Shown one piece after another: positions 48,876-59,668 of a DNA stretch of 64,000 nucleotides (position 1 is its first letter; each line of letters opens with the position of its first letter). The notes under the pieces are model-generated. The model worked only from the letters and a program-made list of their open reading frames with translations. It was not told where the DNA came from and did no database searches. The translations under genes were made by a program, and so were the position numbers. This stretch comes from Emiliania huxleyi CCMP1516 (lineage: Eukaryota), in the NCBI RefSeq assembly GCF_000372725.1, contig NW_005201144.1:1-64000 (forward strand), read 5' to 3'.

Positions 48876-51800
48876 CCCCTAAACGGCTGTGGTTCCCATA
48901 TGGGAACTTCGCCCAATTCTGTGAAAGAGAAAACCGGTCGCCTAAGGAGCGAAGTCGGCCGATCCGGCGACCCGCTTTCGCTTGGCAGACGGCCCGGGTG
49001 CTGTGCCGCCTACCACCAGCCGCTTGACTCCGGAGTCGCATCTCGGAGAGAGAATCTAAGATTCCTTCAGATTCCCTAGATTCCCGCAGCACCCTTCGGT
49101 AGCGAATGAAGCGCAAGGCAAAACAACGACCTGCGCCCGATCCTCGCTCTGGGCTTGTTGGGAGGTACCTTGGCGTGCCGTGCAGCTTCTTCAACGTAAA
49201 CGTCGAGGGTGCTCGCTACTTGGCGCGAGTCAAGAGCTTGCACAAGTCTCAAAAGTCCATGCTCTGGATCAAGTTCAACCAGGGCGGCTACGGCGAGGAC
49301 GCCTTCGCGCCTCTGGCAGTGGTGAAGCAGTGGCTCATATCCGACGACGAGGCGCTCGATCCCAAGTCAGACTGGTACGAGGACCCAGACGAGAGCGACG
49401 ACGACTCGGACGTGGAGGATGGGGACGAGGCGGAGGGTGGTGCAAACGCGAGGCGAGCGCCAGCCGCACGCCGGCGTGTCGATGAGCCTCGCGGCTCGGT
49501 CAAAGGCAGCCGATGGCAGCCGGCGGAGGCGCGGAAAACGCCCCACGCCGTCGACAACATCGTCTGGAGAAAGGCCACCGGCGCCGTCCCAAGCCACAAG
49601 CCAAAGGTCTTCGCGCGGAAGCTGCCACCCGGTGTGTCGGAGGGGCTGCAGCAGCCGCTGCCTAACCACGGACCGATCAATGTCGAGCTGTTCAACCGGC
49701 AGTGGGACATTCGATGCTGGGAGCTCGTCTCGAAATACAGCAAACAGCGCGTCCGCGACCTGAAGATTGGAACCGTGGACGCCGTCTCGCGCAAGCCGAA
49801 GATGAAGAATCGCGCCGACGGCAGCAAGGGGAAGCAGCGCAAGGCACCTTCTATGTCGGTGCCCTTCCTGATCCGACTGCACGTCATCATCACGGCGATG
49901 TCCATTTGCCGCCTGCCCGCCCGCAAGTACTACTGGCGCAAGGGCAAGTTCGTCGGCTGCCCCGGCATCTCTGTCATCATGTCGGAGAACGACTTTGCGC
50001 AGGGCATCCGCTGCCTCTACGACTGCGATCCATCGAAGCTGGTTCCCCGTGGCGACATGACGCAGCCGCCGCCTGTGGGCTACGACAAGATGGCGAAGAC
50101 GTCCGAGCTGAACGAGCTCGTGATGGAGAACACGCTCAACGCGGTGTGCCCGAAGAAGACGCTGTCGGACGATGAGGCGTCGGCCGAGTGGCGGGGCAAG
50201 AACGGCGAGGGCGTCGTGGTCTCCTTCAACAAGGACAAGCCAGCCAAGTGGGCGCAGCGCAACCAGTGCTTCAACGGCCTCGACGGCTCGCGTGTGGTGT
50301 GGCACGTCCTCAACTGCCCTCGGCGTGTGGCGGCGGAGCACGGCGAGACGTATAAGTCGACGCTTGGCCTCGCCGCGAAGCTGCACGCAAAGTACGGCGA
50401 GGGCTTCGTGATTGGCCAGGACTCGCTGTACAACTCGCCGGTGGTGGTCGTCGACGGGGCGAAGAAGTTCAAATTCAACTTCTTCGGCACCGCCGGGTGG
50501 AACCGCCGCGGCATGGTCGAGGACGCCGACGAGCCGGCGGACACGCGCGGGTCGTGCGTCTCCTACTACGCGACGGTTGACGGCATCCCGCTCACGGCGA
50601 CGTACATGCGCGACAACAAGATCGTCCGGTTCTTGTCGTCGGCGCACGGCGTGCCCACCGCGGTCAACGGCAGCAAGAAACCGCGCTGGAATAAGTCCGA
50701 ACGCAAGTACGAGGAGGTTTACATGCCGCCTGTCAAGTCCAACTACGATGCGGGCAAGGTGGGCACCGACCTGTTCGGCCAGTACATGGAGCTGCTGGAC
50801 ACTACGTTCAAGTCTTTTCACCCGTGGATGGTCCACCACCTTTGGCTGTGGTTCGGATGTTTTGTCAACGTGCATTGCTGGCGAAACAGGTTCATCGATG
50901 AGGGCGTCCGTAGGCTCGCCGGTGCGAAAAAGACGACGCTCATCGAAGACACGTTGCAGACGATGGAGGAGCTGCTTCAGATGGCGGACCGGCTAGAGCG
51001 GGAGGGGGCCGCTCGCTCAAAGAAGCGGAAGAGCAGGCCCGACCCGCAGGCGCCGGTGCGCAAGTCGCCACGGCGTGATCCGGTCGTCAGCCGCTTGGGT
51101 TCACCGACCCGCCACGTGCCCGTCACGTTCACTGAGAAGGGCAGGTGCAGGTGGTGCCGCAAGCTGATCTACTCCGGGTGCGGCCACCCTGGCTGCGGCC
51201 ACATGCACGAAGGCACGTGCTGGATGAAGGCCCACTCGAACGACCCGAAGATCCGTGCGAAGCTGAAGGCGCTGTCCTTCCAGCCAGAGATCGCCGATGG
51301 CACACAGGCGCGACGCGCCCCGCGATAGAGAGACCGTCACAATCCCGCTCTGCGCCTTCGGTGGCAGGCGGTGGCAAGGGAATGGGGAGACGATACGCCG
51401 TCCAATCCGGCAGAGAGTTGTCTTTCGGCAGCACGGGGGGTGAGAGCGTTTGGCGTGGTCGATGGTGCACCGCCGTCACGGTCACACGCACACACACGCC
51501 GCGCGCGCACACCACACACACACACACCCATCCTGATCGCGCCGTGCGCTTGGGGGGCCCTCAGGTGTGCATCCGCAAGGTGAAGCGGACGCGCAAGCCC
51601 AAGCGGAAGTTGCGCTACAACGAGGAGGAGGGCGGCGCCGGGGCCGACGCCGACGCCGAGGAGGAGGACGACGACGGTGATGGCGACGATGACGCTCCGG
51701 CTCCGCCCGCCAAGCGCCGCAGCACCCGCGCGCAGCAGCAGCGCCAGGGCGCGCGGTGAGACCTCTCGCCGACGCTTGAACCGGCTTTGCTGCACTCTGC

Positions 51801-52114
51801 GACGCTGCGGTACGTGTGTACCTGTCTAGTAGTGACCGGTGGAGTGAGCGGCGGGCGTGATGTCACCGGTTGAGTGCCAGTGTGCGTGCAGAATCGGCGA
51901 TCGCTGCCCCCGTCTGGCCTGTCCTGGCGGCGACGGACGTGTTTGAGGGAGATTTCGAGGTGACGTCTTTGCCGTCCCTAGCCTCCAAGTGTCACTAAGT
52001 AATGTGCAACACCCTCCCTACGCATGCTGGGGTGCTGGGCGGGCGAATAGACGCGCGAGAAGCCCAATCAAAAATCGACCCCTCGGACCCCGTTTTTAGC
52101 TAGCCGTTTAGGGG
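48876..52114 (+). mobile_element. piggyBac DNA transposon, full length
   Basis: TIRs CCCCTAAACGGCT (48876-48888) and AGCCGTTTAGGGG (52102-52114); TTAA at 48870-48873 (followed by two extra A) and at 52115-52118. Confidence 0.9.
49106..51328 (+). CDS. piggyBac transposase (DDD type with C-terminal Cys-rich domain)
   Basis: LSDDEASAEWRG, KPAKW, QDSLYNS, GTAGWNR, RDNKIVRFLSSAH, YDAGKVGTD, and C-terminal CRWC...CGHPGC...CW; uninterrupted 740-aa ORF. Confidence 0.88.
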   Translation: MKRKAKQRPAPDPRSGLVGRYLGVPCSFFNVNVEGARYLARVKSLHKSQKSMLWIKFNQGGYGEDAFAPLAVVKQWLISDDEALDPKSDWYEDPDESDDDSDVEDGDEAEGGANARRAPAARRRVDEPRGSVKGSRWQPAEARKTPHAVDNIVWRKATGAVPSHKPKVFARKLPPGVSEGLQQPLPNHGPINVELFNRQWDIRCWELVSKYSKQRVRDLKIGTVDAVSRKPKMKNRADGSKGKQRKAPSMSVPFLIRLHVIITAMSICRLPARKYYWRKGKFVGCPGISVIMSENDFAQGIRCLYDCDPSKLVPRGDMTQPPPVGYDKMAKTSELNELVMENTLNAVCPKKTLSDDEASAEWRGKNGEGVVVSFNKDKPAKWAQRNQCFNGLDGSRVVWHVLNCPRRVAAEHGETYKSTLGLAAKLHAKYGEGFVIGQDSLYNSPVVVVDGAKKFKFNFFGTAGWNRRGMVEDADEPADTRGSCVSYYATVDGIPLTATYMRDNKIVRFLSSAHGVPTAVNGSKKPRWNKSERKYEEVYMPPVKSNYDAGKVGTDLFGQYMELLDTTFKSFHPWMVHHLWLWFGCFVNVHCWRNRFIDEGVRRLAGAKKTTLIEDTLQTMEELLQMADRLEREGAARSKKRKSRPDPQAPVRKSPRRDPVVSRLGSPTRHVPVTFTEKGRCRWCRKLIYSGCGHPGCGHMHEGTCWMKAHSNDPKIRAKLKALSFQPEIADGTQARRAPR

Positions 52115-52507
52115 TTAATTTACGGCCCTTTCCCTGCGAACGCGCACCCCCGGGGCTAGGGCTCTCTAGCCCGTAACCCGATACCGATCATCCGGCCCGC
52201 TGGGTGCGCTTCTTAGCTCCCCGGCCCTGGATGTGAGGTTGATGACTGCACTCCAAGTGCTCCAAGTGCTTAGCCACCAAGAACTGGCACGGGCTGCAGA
52301 TGCAGCGCTTGTCTACCATGTTGATGGTTCGATCCTCCCCAGAGTCGAACTGGCAGCCACTCGCACCAAGGAGGCGAGGTGTGGCTACGTGACCCAGAAA
52401 AGGCCAGAGTCGGGAGCAACCCTCGAGGTGGGTCGCTCATATACCTACTATCCTACAGCGTCGCGAAAAAAATAATTTACCGCACCGCCCGTCTTCATCG
52501 GGACAGG

Positions 52508-55500
52508 ATGCTGCTCTCAACCGGCGGACTCGACGGGCTCGCCGCCCTCGCAGCCGCCGTGCAACAGCAGCGCGCACACTACACTGCGCCGCCCGCTGAC
52601 GAGCGACTCGCTGCACTCGACTTGTTGGGCGACCAGCCGCTCGTCGATAAGCGTCCCCTTGAGGACGGCCAGCCGCCGCCCGAGGCCAAGCACCCCCGCG
52701 CTCCCAAGGCCCTCCCGCCGAAGGCCCTCCCGCCGGGATGGACGGTCCAGCGGCGCAAGGCGGTGGCGCGCTCGTACAACGTTTTCCACGGGCCGAATGG
52801 GGAGCGCGCCGTCTCCATCGCCGACGCGTGGCGCAAGGACCAGGGCATTCCTCCGTCACCGCCGGCGCCGCGGCCGCCGCCGCCACCGGCCGTAGCATCC
52901 GGAGCGGGACGGGAGCGGGAGCCTGGCGACGGCGGCGAGCCGCCCCGGAAGCGGCGCTCGGGAGGGCGCGGAGGCACCCGCTCGGGTGGAGGGGTGGTGT
53001 GGGAGGAGTGCACCGAGGTGGGCAAACCGCCGCCGCGCGCAGCCTCCGCCTCCGCCGCCACCTCGGTGCGGGCAGCTCTCTCCGTCAGCGGCGGCGGCGG
53101 CGTGTCGCTCACACTTCGCGTGTGCTGCGCCAGCCCGAAGGCGCTCTGACCCTCCCCCCCCCCCCGCCGCCGCCGCCGCCGCCGCGGCCATCCTCGCCGC
53201 CACCACCTCCTCCACCACCGTCGCCCTCATCGCCCCCACGGCCTCACCGCCCATTCGGCCCTCACCTCACCCCTTCGCCGCTCTCGCCCTCACCGCTCTC
53301 TCCGCCGCCCTCGCCCTCGCCGCCCGCAGGCGGCCGCGGCGGCGGCGAGGAGCAACCGGCAGAGCCGGCAGCTGGCGGCGCTGCAAGACTACCTCCACAA
53401 GGGCCGAGCCGACAAGTGCGCCAACGAGTCCCTCGCCTCCGTCGCTGACCAGATTGCAGAGAAGCGGCGCCCCCCCCCTCAAACCTGCCGCCGCCTCCTC
53501 CTCCCCGCCCCTCCTCCTCCTCCCCCGTCCGCCTCTGCAACCTCGCCAGCGCGCCTCCTCCTCCTCCTCTCCCTCCTCCTCCCATGCGGCCTCCCTTCNN
53601 NNNNNNNNNNNNNNNNNNNNNNNNNNNNNNNNNNNNNNNNNNNNNNNNNNNNNNNNNNNNNNNNNNNNNNNNNNNNNNNNNNNNNNNNNNNNNNNNNNCC
53701 CCCCCCCCCCATCCCCCCCCTCGCCTCCCCAGCAGGCGCGGCGGCACGGCCATCCAGTGGGGGTGCGTCTGCGCGGGAGGCGTGCTACGCGGCGGTGCCG
53801 AGCTGCAGTGCCGCTCGTGCGCCCTCACCTTCCACTCCAAGTGCGAGCGGCTCGACTACACACCCGCGGAGCTCGCGCGCTTCGCCGCCGACAAGACGTT
53901 CCTTTGCTCGTCGTGCCAGCAGCAGGAGCTGCAGCGCGCGGGGTACGACCCGTCGGCCGGCCGCTTCGTCTGGCAGTGCCAGTCGTGCACGCGCTGCTTC
54001 GAGGCGGAGGAGCACCGCACCGCCGAGCGGCACGGCGCTCGCTGTGCTGCAGAGCTGGAGCGCCGCGAGTGGTCCTGCGTCTGCGCCGACCCGAGGGCGC
54101 GCAAGGCCCTCGCGACAGAGTGTGCCGACTGCGGCCGCTGGTTCCACTACGGGTGCAAGGCGCAGTACCGCGACGGCGGCGCGAAGGACCGCTGCGTCGC
54201 GTGCCAGGACGCGGCCGACGACGCCGACGCCGCGGTGGCGGTGGCTAGCTGCTCCAAGACGTGCCAGAGATCTGAGGTAGGAACATAGGAGAGCGGACTG
54301 GGACACGGAGGTGAGCTAGTGCGCGCCGACGTGGCTACTCTCGTGCGCCGGCTAGAGACGGCGAACCGAAGAGGGGACCGCCCCGTGTAGGCCATGGCCG
54401 CCGCGCCGCCGCCGCAGCACCGTCGCGCGACGGCCGCCGCCGCCGCCTCCGCGGTGGCGGTGGCGGTGCGCGGCCGCCAGCCGAGGGACGAGGCGGCGGC
54501 TGGCGGCGGAGGGGCTGGCGGCGGAGGGGCTGGCGGCGGAGGGGCCGGCGGTGCAAGGGGCGGCGGAGGGGGAGGCGGCGGAGGGGGGGGCGGGGCGGGC
54601 GGGTATGGGACGGAGGGGCGCTGCCCCCTCGCCGCGCTCGGGCACCGCGAGGTCGGGACGCTGGCGGACGGGCGGGTGGAGGTGCGGCCGTCCACGCTCG
54701 GCGATCTCCCCATCCCTCCCCATCTCTCCCCGTCTCTCCCCATCTCCCCCCATCTCTCCCCATCTCGGCGCATCTCTCCCCATCTCCCCCCATCTCTCCC
54801 CATCTCTCCCCATCTCTCCCCATCTCTCCCCGGGCCTCCCCGTCCCTCCCGGTGCGTCCCGGTGCGTGCGGATCCGTGCGCGTGGGTGCGCGTGCCTGCG
54901 GGTGCGGGCGTGCACGCGCGGCGAGGCGGCGGGGCTCGGCCTCTTTGCGCGCGAGCGCGTGCAGCCGGGCGAGGTGGTCTCGACGTACCACGGCTCGCTG
55001 CTGTACAAGGAGGAGATGGCGCCCGAGGCGCCCGCCCCTGCCGTCGTCCCCGGACACGTCCACGACGCGTCCACGACGCGGCCGCGACACGTCCAGGACA
55101 CGTCCCATGACACGTCGCCGCAGGCGGACGCCTCCTACATCGTCCGGCTGCCGAACGCGGGCGGCGCGCTCGTCAACGGCAAGCCGTACGCCGACGCCAT
55201 CCGCGCGAACCCCGCCAACCCGTCAGCGGACGGGTGCCACGTGCCGCTGGCCGGCGCAGCCGCGTGGGGCTTCGGCGCGGGCGCGATGGCCAACGACCCT
55301 CGCGACAAGCGGCGCACGAACGCGCTGCTCGCCTTCGTCAAGCCCGCCGCCGTCGGGAAGGCCGTCGCCGACCTCGCCGTCGTGCGGCCGGTGCTTCTCG
55401 CCACGCGGCAGATTGAGCCCGGCGAGGAGGTCTTCTACTCGTACGGCTCGAACAAGCCCTTCGAGCGGCTGCGGCAGGCGCTGCAGGCCGCGCAGCAAAA

Positions 55501-55561
55501 GGAGGCCAAGGGCAAGCAGATAGGCTGCAAGCTGGTGTGGCGTGAGCACGGCGTGATTTGA
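52508..55561 (+). CDS. Chromatin protein with MBD-like, PHD/zinc-finger and SET domains (multi-exon; spans an assembly gap; could be more than one gene)
   Basis: LPPGWTVQRRK...FHGPNGERAVS (MBD-like); two C4HC3-type PHD fingers at about 53755-54205; SET motifs GLGLFARE...GEVVSTYHG...AMAND...ATRQIEPGEEVFYSYG. Confidence 0.7.
53599..53698. other. Assembly gap (100 N)
   Basis: Run of N. Confidence 1.
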
Positions 55562-56408
55562 CCAGAGCGCGCTCTGCCAGCGGTGAACGGGAGGGGCGCG
55601 GCGGACGAGCGGTCTGCCAGCAGCCGCCCCCCACGACGATGGTCAATACGCGATAGCCCGATCGATGAGCTCTAACGTCTTGTACCTATGTGTACGCTGT
55701 GGGAGGGGCGTCGGGTAAACGTACAGTTTCGCATGTGTCGTATGAGTTCGTTATATTCTTCCCTTACAAAACTCTTCGGCCGACTTGCCTCCTTTTCCTT
55801 AGAGACTGAGAGAGAGGATGAGAGGTTGTGAGAGCGCCTCACACCTCAGTGCTCAGAAAGCACAGAATGCCTGCAGAAAGATGTGAAGATTGAAGTCCAC
55901 AATCTCCAAACACCAAAGCTTCGGCCTTCGCCTCGAGGCTTCTCTCGCGTACGTACGATCGTATACTTGTAGCTTAATGCGGCATACGTAGAGCCGATTT
56001 GAGTTGCTCTCGAATGCCGGTCGGAATCGATGTGCATCTTCATCGGCGATCTGTATCTGTATCTTGACCTTGATCTTCGATCGTCGGCTCTAATGGGGAA
56101 CAAGGGGAGAGGGGCTCTCTCGCGCGGACGTGTATGGTGTAACCTCCACGCCTGGCCTCGCGCTTTTCGTCGGCGGCGAGGACAGGTCCCGGCGGGCCGG
56201 CGGCTCGTCCCGGGGGTCTCGCGTGCGTCGAGCGCTCGGAGATCCAGGCACTACGGTCTACGCGCCCCCTCTTCGGCAAAAACACCACACAACAGTGTGT
56301 GGCACACTCCACGACCCCTAAAATCTCCAACCGTGACGGACGGTCCATCACACTAGAGCAAACGCACCCTCTTACACCACCCCAAGAAGCGGCCGCAGCC
56401 ACCCGCAG

Positions 56409-59400
56409 ATGCGCTCATCCTCGACAGAGCCGCCCATCCTGCCGTCAAACAGTGCCGCCAAGCGTGTCACCGCCTCCGTGCCCAGGGGCGGCGCTCCCCG
56501 CCGCTCGCCGTCGCCGCCGCCTCCGTCCGCCTCCTCCTTGGCGAGCGGCTGGCTCGGCGGCGGAGGCTCCGCGCCGCGCGCGGTGCAGAGGAGTTTCGCG
56601 ACAGAGCCAATTGCGGCGGCGGTGGCTGCGGCTGGCGCGTCAGCCAGCGATGGGGGGCGAGAAGCGGGTAGCGTCGCGGCCTCTTCCAGCTCGAGCACGG
56701 CTCGCGCGAGCGCCTCTCTCGTCGCAAACAGCGCGCCGGCCGGAAGCGGCAGCCCGCCGACCACTGCGCCGTCACCGGTCTCAGGCAGAGGTTGCTGCAG
56801 ATAAGGGTGTCAGCAGGGATCGGATCCAGGCCGCCCTGGAAGAGGCACTGGCCCTCCCATTCGGCCCACTCGGAGGCAAAACCGATTATGACAACCATCA
56901 CATTGACCACGTCCGCTCGTGTGCGCAAGCAAACGGCTTCGCGCTCGACCCGCAGATCAAGGCCATGGCGGGGAAGCTCGGCCTCGAGCCTCCAAGGCCG
57001 GCGCCGTGGCTCGCCATGTTTGTGCACCTCGCCGATCTGCTCGACGTGGCGGTTCTCGTGTCCGAGGCGCATGGAGGATTGCCATTGGTGTACTGCAACA
57101 ATGCGGCGGCGCGCCTCACTCGATACTCGGTGTCGGAGATGCTCGGCCGCAGCTGCCGCTTTCTCCAAGGGCCGGACACCGAGGATGAGGCCGTCGGTCG
57201 GCTTAGTGCGTCCCTCCGCGCGGCCGAATCCGCCTCAGTCGAGCTCACAAACTATCGCAAGGACGGCAGCCAATTCAGGAACGCCCTCTTCCTGCAGCCC
57301 GTGCATGACAGCTGTGGGGCGTGCCGCTACGTGATTGGCCTGCAGGCGGACGCCGCCGACAGCCCCTCCGTCCGCCGCGCCGCCACTGTCTTCCGCCTGC
57401 TGCCTACCCGCTTCGCCGCGGAGCTTCAGCCGGCGCCATTGACGGCTCTTGTGCCAGAGGCACAGCTCCACACCCAGTGGAGGAGCTCACTCGCCGCCCT
57501 TTCTCGTCTCGCCCTCTGCGCCGACTGGGGTGCGACCCTGCGCAGCATTGTGCGACAGCCCGTCGCCCTTGAGGCGTTCCACTCGTGGCTCCGGCACAGT
57601 CCCGTGGCCGCGAAGCAGCTAGAGGTTTGCGCTGCGGCGGCACAGCTCGAGGATTTGCCTCCTGATGCGCAGACCGCGGCGGTTGGCGAGATGTGCGAAC
57701 GCCACCTCGGGCTCCGCGGCGGCAGTGCCGAGCAAGCGCTAGCAGCGGTCACGGCCGCGGCGGCGCACGCGGTCTCAGTGCTGCTGCGCTCGGAGGCATT
57801 GCCCAAATTCGTCCTCTCCCCCGCTTTCTTGCCCCTCGCAACGCTGTGGATCGCGGAGGCCGAGGAGCTCACGGCGGGCGACATGCCGCTTGAGGCTCAC
57901 CCGCGCACGGCGCGCGAGGAGGCGGCGCTAAAGCTTCGCAGCAACCATAGCCGCGTGCTGCGAGACGTGTGTAACGACGGGAGAGCCAACATCGACGGCA
58001 AGCCGCTCACCCAGCTCGAGCTCCTCCGCATCAACCCCGAGGACGAGAGCGAATCCGACGCCGCGCTGAAGGAGATCTCCCGCCGGCTGCTCGGCGAGGG
58101 CACCTGCGACCCGTCCTCGCGCAAGGAGAGGGCGGTCTGGGCCGCCGTGGCGAGGTACCTAAGCGCTCGCACTCAGTCCACGGCGGAGGAGAAGCCTGGA
58201 CGCGAGCCCGACATGAGCGCGCCGGCTGCAGCGGCGATGCGCGCGGTCCTGCGGTCGATGGTCACGGCGAACGACTTGGCTGAGGCACGCGAGCTGCTCT
58301 GGCCTGGGTACCACGCGCCGGGCGATGCTGAAGGGTGGGTTTGCGCCTTTGCCCAGGCTGCCTCGCGCCTTCCTTTCAGCCTCGTCCTCACCGACACGTC
58401 GCTGGCGGGCAACCCGATCGTCTTCGCCAATAGCGCCTTCCGCGAGCTGACCGGGTACGAGCGGCACGAGGTGGAGGGGCAAAACTGCCGCATGCTGCAA
58501 GGCCCAGGGACAGAGCGGCTCTCGCTGGCGGTGATGGTGAACGCGCTGCGGCGCGGCGTCGACTGCCACCTTCGGGTGACGAATTACCGCAAGTCTGGGG
58601 AGCGGTTCTCGAACTTGCTCTCTCTGCGGCCTGTGCGCGACGGTAGCTCCGCCTATCGCTATTGCGTTGGCCTTCTGTCCGAGATCGACGCCCAATCTTT
58701 GCAGAACCCGGATGTGCCTGCCACGTCGGCAAAGCTAGCCGCTCTTGCCGATCTCTTTGCACTCCTGCCAAATCGTTTTGGGTCGGATCCGCTCCTCTCG
58801 AGTGGCAAGACGCACGTCGCCGCAGAGATGGTCTGGGAGAGGCAAATTCCGCTACGGGATCGGCTGGCCGACGCGATGCGAGGCGGAAGGCTCGCGATTA
58901 TGGGCCTCCTTGGTCGCGGAGGTTTGAACGACGGGGTAAGCCCGCTGTACGCCACCAGCCACCGGTCGCACCTCGAGCAATGCGCGCGGCCCACAGACAA
59001 GGATGCGGCCAGGACCGATGACGACCGGAGCGATGGAGCGACCACCCGAGCAGTGAGCGAGTCGAGCGGAAGCGGGCAGGGCTCCGCTAGGAGCAGCCCG
59101 AGCGCGTCACCGCGGATGGCACGCCTCCGCCTCCCGGGGCGGCGGCCGAGCCGGAAGTTGGCTCTGCCACCAGCCTGTGGGTCGTCAACTTCTTCAACCG
59201 CGTCGCCCGCCGCGCTCGTGCCGAAGCCGCCCTCCTCGCCTCGATCCCCCTCCTCCCCCGCGCCTGCTTCGCCGCAAGCCCTCGCCACGCCGCCCACGTC
59301 GCCGGCAAGCTGCGGGCCAGACGCGCCCTTTGGCTTTGCCCTGGTGCCAAACTTTACCGTCACATCGCGAGCGCCCGGTCGCCAACACTTTCTTTTCTAA
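56409..59400 (+). CDS. LOV-RGS-LOV blue-light photoreceptor-like protein (5' end uncertain)
   Basis: LOV1 GRSCRFLQGPDT...NYRKDGSQFRN...VIGLQ (about 57079-57351); RGS-like LRSIVRQPVALEAFHSWL...LLRSEALPKFVLSPAF (about 57535-57840); LOV2 GQNCRMLQGPGT...NYRKSGERFSN (about 58375-58689). Confidence 0.85.
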
Positions 59401-59668
59401 CCGTGCCGATGTGGGTGTAAAGCCTTTAAAACCGTTTAGGCTAAAGCCGTACTAGTTTGTGCGCGAGACACACACACAGTCCACACACCCGTGTCCCAGC
59501 ATGAGGGGCGTTGAGGACAGAGGACAAGAGGAGGCGGGCGGGCGGCGGCGTGCTTGGCGAGGGAGCGGCGGCGGCGGAGGCGGCGAGGCGGCGCGAGCGG
59601 CGGCGCGGGGTGGACATCGCGAGAACAAGAAAAACAAAGCCATGTTTGGGCGCCTTTCGCCCTTCTCA

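Noticed and set aside
48876..48888. Telomeric repeat CCCTAAA
   Set aside because: Single unit that forms part of the piggyBac TIR
52225..52270. Hammerhead ribozyme (TGATGA plus stem)
   Set aside because: No GAAA core, and the paralog at about 18980 has TAATGA
55989..56092. Mini-MITE with TAGAGCCGA inverted ends
   Set aside because: Only a 9-bp inverted match and no TSD
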